From positions 1 through 52,587 of the forward strand of contig JAISYE010000187.1 in NCBI GenBank assembly GCA_031297485.1: a stretch of 52,587 nt of DNA. Reading direction: 5' to 3'. The notes beneath the pieces are model-generated. The model was not told where the DNA came from. It saw nothing but the letters and a program-made list of their open reading frames with translations, and did not search any database. Source of the stretch: Clostridiales bacterium. GTDB taxonomy: Bacteria > Bacillota > Clostridia > Lachnospirales > JAISYE01. The position numbers were made by a program, and so were the translations under genes. How positions within the stretch are numbered: the first letter of the stretch is position 1; every line of letters begins with the position of its first letter. Shown piece after piece: positions 50,003 through 52,587 of the stretch.

Positions 50003-52109
50003 AACGGCCTTAATCTGCCTTGCGGTAATTATCACACTCGCGGCAGCGGGATTCGCCGTGATACGCTCCGGCGTACTTGTGCGCCCGACGGAGAAATCCC
50101 TCGCGCGGCTGACCGAGGTGCCGGAATATGACATTCTGACCGCGCAATTTGAACGTGAGGCAGAGATACTCGCGGACTATAACGCCGCCGAATATTCCTT
50201 TGGAGACCCGTATGTGATACTGGACCCTTATGGCATGAACCCGCTTTCCGCGCTGGTAATGTTTGAGACGGACAAACCCGCGGACGTAAGCGTCATGGTA
50301 CAGGGCGACGACGAGTACAGCACCTTCGGCTACGAGGCAAAGCGGGTAAGCGGCCGCGCGGAAATCCCGGTAATCGGGCTGTACGCCGGGCGCGGCAACA
50401 TCGTTACGCTTGCGGCCGACTACGGCGGCGGTGATATAGAGACAAAGGAACTGACAATCACGACCGAACCGCTGCCGGCTGACTTCCAGTCATACAGCCT
50501 TGTGACGTCACAGCCCGCGGAAATGGAGCCTGGAATAACGCTGTTTATCCCGTGCTTTGAACATTCGTATACAGCGCTTGTGGACAGCAACGCCGAAGTC
50601 CGCGGTTATCTGACAAACACGCGGATGGCACACGGCACCGCTGTAATCCGGCTGGAAAACGGCAACTATCTCGCCACTGGCGACGAATACAGGCAATTGC
50701 CGTATAATATGAAGTCATTATTTGAATTTAACTGGCTTGGGAAAATATTCAAGGAATACGAAGTCCCGAACGGCGTACATCATAATATACGCGAACTGCC
50801 AAACGGTGATTTTCTGTGTGTGTCCAATAATGCCTATATGTTCCAGACGGGCACCCGTGAGGACGTTGTGATTATTGTTGACAGGGAGACAGGCGGCGTT
50901 AAAAAAGAGTATGATTTCCGCGGCATTATTGACGAAACCCGGGACCCGTACCACCACTTTCACCCGGATGTTAAAAATGTGCTGAACATTGACTGGATGC
51001 ATACCAACACCGCTATTTACGACGAAACTGGGAACGCGATTATCGTATCTTCACCTACACAGAGCCAGGTAATCTCCATAAACGCGGATACCTCGGAGAT
51101 TAACTGGATTCTAGGCCCGCGCGAAGGCTACGACAGCGAGGCCGCGCGGTTCCTGAAGCAGTACCTGCTTACGCCTGTGGGCGCCGGCTTTGAGTGGCAG
51201 TGGTGCCAGCACGAACCCGAAATTTTGCCGGATTTTGACAGCGACCCTGATACAATCGACTTGCTGCTGTTCGACAATGGACAGAGCAAAAGTTTTACCA
51301 AGGAGGGCGCGGTCTTGCCAGAAAACAACTATTCCCGCGGCGTACAGTTCCGTATAAACCAACGGGAAAAAACTGTTGAGCAAATTTGGGAATACGGTAA
51401 GGAACGCGGCTCAGATATGTATGCGACTTTCCTCGGCGACGCCGACTATTTGCCAATAACCGGGAATAGGCTCATCGACTGCGGAGGGCAGGTACGGCAA
51501 GGGGAAACGCCGACGGATGATATTCTCGGCGGCGTGTTTGGAACTACGGCCACCCGGTCCCGTATTGTCGAAGTTACGGAAAGCGGCGAAGCCGTCTTTG
51601 AAGTCGCTGTCCGCGAAATACCGCCGGACAATTCCGCTGAAACTTACCAGGCTGAACGTATGCCGCTGTACTCTGCCCCGAGTTTTGACTATAGACTGGG
51701 CGCGGCAAAAGGGGAACGGCTCGGAACGGACGAAGTTAACAGACGCCTTGTGGATGTTACGCCCCCTAATTTCTATATCGGTAAATTGTCCGCGGAGTTC
51801 CGCGATATACACCGTGAGGGCAGTCGCCTTATTATGGACGGCATGATTCTGCTCAATGGCGAGACTTACATGGTCGGCGGCGGTCAGGTCGTGCTGCGTG
51901 GCAAAAGCGGGAATGTGTACGTCTACGCGACAAATACCGCGATAAACGGCTTCTTCTTCGCCAGTATCGACCTTAATGAGATACAAGCGGACGAATACTC
52001 TATTGACATTATGGGCGCGGTCGTCGCGGACGGCAGTAATGATGCCTTATATGGCAAACGCACGCAGGGTTATTTCAGAACAGAGTACAAAATCACTAAG
52101 GCCAGTTAA
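49986..52109 (+). CDS. Aryl-sulfate sulfotransferase (ASST family) paralog, N-terminal membrane anchor
   Basis: ORF track, 707 aa. Supporting segments: VILDPYGMNPLSALVMFETDKPADVSVMVQG, IPVIGLYAGRGNIVTL, HHNIRELPNGDFL, NIDWMHTNT, IIVSSPTQSQVISI, INWILGP, LLLFDNGQ and YSRGVQFRINQREKTVEQIWEYGKERG. Confidence 0.9.
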   Translation: MRKLIKTALICLAVIITLAAAGFAVIRSGVLVRPTEKSLARLTEVPEYDILTAQFEREAEILADYNAAEYSFGDPYVILDPYGMNPLSALVMFETDKPADVSVMVQGDDEYSTFGYEAKRVSGRAEIPVIGLYAGRGNIVTLAADYGGGDIETKELTITTEPLPADFQSYSLVTSQPAEMEPGITLFIPCFEHSYTALVDSNAEVRGYLTNTRMAHGTAVIRLENGNYLATGDEYRQLPYNMKSLFEFNWLGKIFKEYEVPNGVHHNIRELPNGDFLCVSNNAYMFQTGTREDVVIIVDRETGGVKKEYDFRGIIDETRDPYHHFHPDVKNVLNIDWMHTNTAIYDETGNAIIVSSPTQSQVISINADTSEINWILGPREGYDSEAARFLKQYLLTPVGAGFEWQWCQHEPEILPDFDSDPDTIDLLLFDNGQSKSFTKEGAVLPENNYSRGVQFRINQREKTVEQIWEYGKERGSDMYATFLGDADYLPITGNRLIDCGGQVRQGETPTDDILGGVFGTTATRSRIVEVTESGEAVFEVAVREIPPDNSAETYQAERMPLYSAPSFDYRLGAAKGERLGTDEVNRRLVDVTPPNFYIGKLSAEFRDIHREGSRLIMDGMILLNGETYMVGGGQVVLRGKSGNVYVYATNTAINGFFFASIDLNEIQADEYSIDIMGAVVADGSNDALYGKRTQGYFRTEYKITKAS

Positions 52110-52240
52110 GGCGTGTTTGAAAATTCCTAAAAGCGCGAAATTTCGAATGAAACCGCCGCAATGATAGTCGAGCTTGCTGACGCTTCGCGCCACGTCGAGC
52201 AAGCTCGACTATCGGAATCTAGTTTTTAAACACGCCCTAA
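52106..52240. repeat. Palindromic hairpin element, family A (copy A6, expanded form)
   Basis: TTAAGGCGTGTTTGAAAATTCC ... GATAGTCGAGCTTGCTGAC ... GTCGAGCAAGCTCGACTATC ... TTTTTAAACACGCCCTAAG. The core is present twice in inverted orientation. The first TAA of the element is the stop codon of the ASST gene. Confidence 0.9.
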
Positions 52241-52384
52241 GAAGCATTTTTTCTTGACAAACGCTCGAAGCGAGTCTATGATATAGGGCAAATGAGTACA
52301 ATTTTTAGTATCTTACGGCAAATCCCGAGGTTCGTGAGTATAACTATTCGCGGTATATACTGTGACACAAGGAGAACTGTAACG

Positions 52385-52587
52385 ATGAGGAAACTCAAGT
52401 ATACGTTTAAGTCCGACATCTTGTTTAAGATGACGTTCGTGAAGTATAAACACCTGCTGAAACGCTTAGTCGCGGCAGTCTTGAAGATACCCGTAAAGGC
52501 GATAGAGGAGTTCGTAATCCTCAACACTGAAATCATACCGGAGGCGGTTGATAAAAAGTTCTGCCGTCTTGACATACATCTCAAGGT
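52385..52587 (+). CDS. Rpn-family recombination-promoting nuclease / PD-(D/E)XK transposase-like protein (N-terminal part, runs off the window)
   Basis: Absent from the ORF track because it has no stop in the window. The ATG at 52385 follows an AGGAGA RBS. MRKLKYTFKSDILFKMTFVKYKHLLKRLVAAVLKIPVKAIEEFVILNTEIIPEAVDKKFCRLDIHLK fits the TIGR01784-type N-terminus (FK..F, ILN.E, K..RLDI). Confidence 0.7.
   Translation, partial: MRKLKYTFKSDILFKMTFVKYKHLLKRLVAAVLKIPVKAIEEFVILNTEIIPEAVDKKFCRLDIHLK

Noticed and set aside
52276-52584. Minus-strand 102-aa ORF at the window end
   Set aside because: It is antisense to the plus-strand Rpn/PD-(D/E)XK-like gene, which has an RBS and a family-typical N-terminus.

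Overview
Chromosomal window that looks like a Clostridia-class Firmicute, judged from the MecA adaptor, split transketolase, Trk K+ uptake genes, PrmA, RsmI, AsnB, SecG, GGAGG-type RBSs and many ATGA/GTGA overlapping starts. Most genes sit in minus-strand operons. In order: a partial TetR gene; mecA; trkA-trkA-trkH-prmA; a small decayed cluster (half-length flavoprotein, cutA, 34-codon epimerase stub); an FGGY kinase plus split transketolase operon; and a LacI-linked glycan locus (family-1 SBP, two permeases, GH42, cupin/PMI-like protein, GHL6-like hydrolase). These are followed by an orphan AAA_14/DUF4143-type ATPase; rsmI-asnB; secG; a murein-peptide recycling locus (NlpC/P60, class-A beta-lactamase-fold hydrolase, Dpp/Opp-type ABC importer, L-Ala-D/L-Glu-type epimerase); a VOC protein; and an ABC-2 transporter. 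The last 9 kb is accessory: an IS5 remnant, an ABC ATPase stub, an APH-like kinase, and a small serine recombinase. Immediately after the recombinase, a perfect 22-bp inverted repeat pair brackets a promoter, forming an inverton assembled in the OFF orientation. It sits in front of an operon encoding a DUF4352-like lipoprotein, two membrane-anchored arylsulfotransferase (ASST) paralogs and a small membrane protein. A partial Rpn/PD-(D/E)XK transposase-like gene follows. By hand tally, roughly 3 kb of the window is mosaic intergenic repeat: palindromic hairpin elements, MITE-like units with TIRs and an 8-bp target duplication, and a 2 x 90-bp copy fused in frame to the transketolase N-subunit gene. 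No rRNA, tRNA or CRISPR array was seen.
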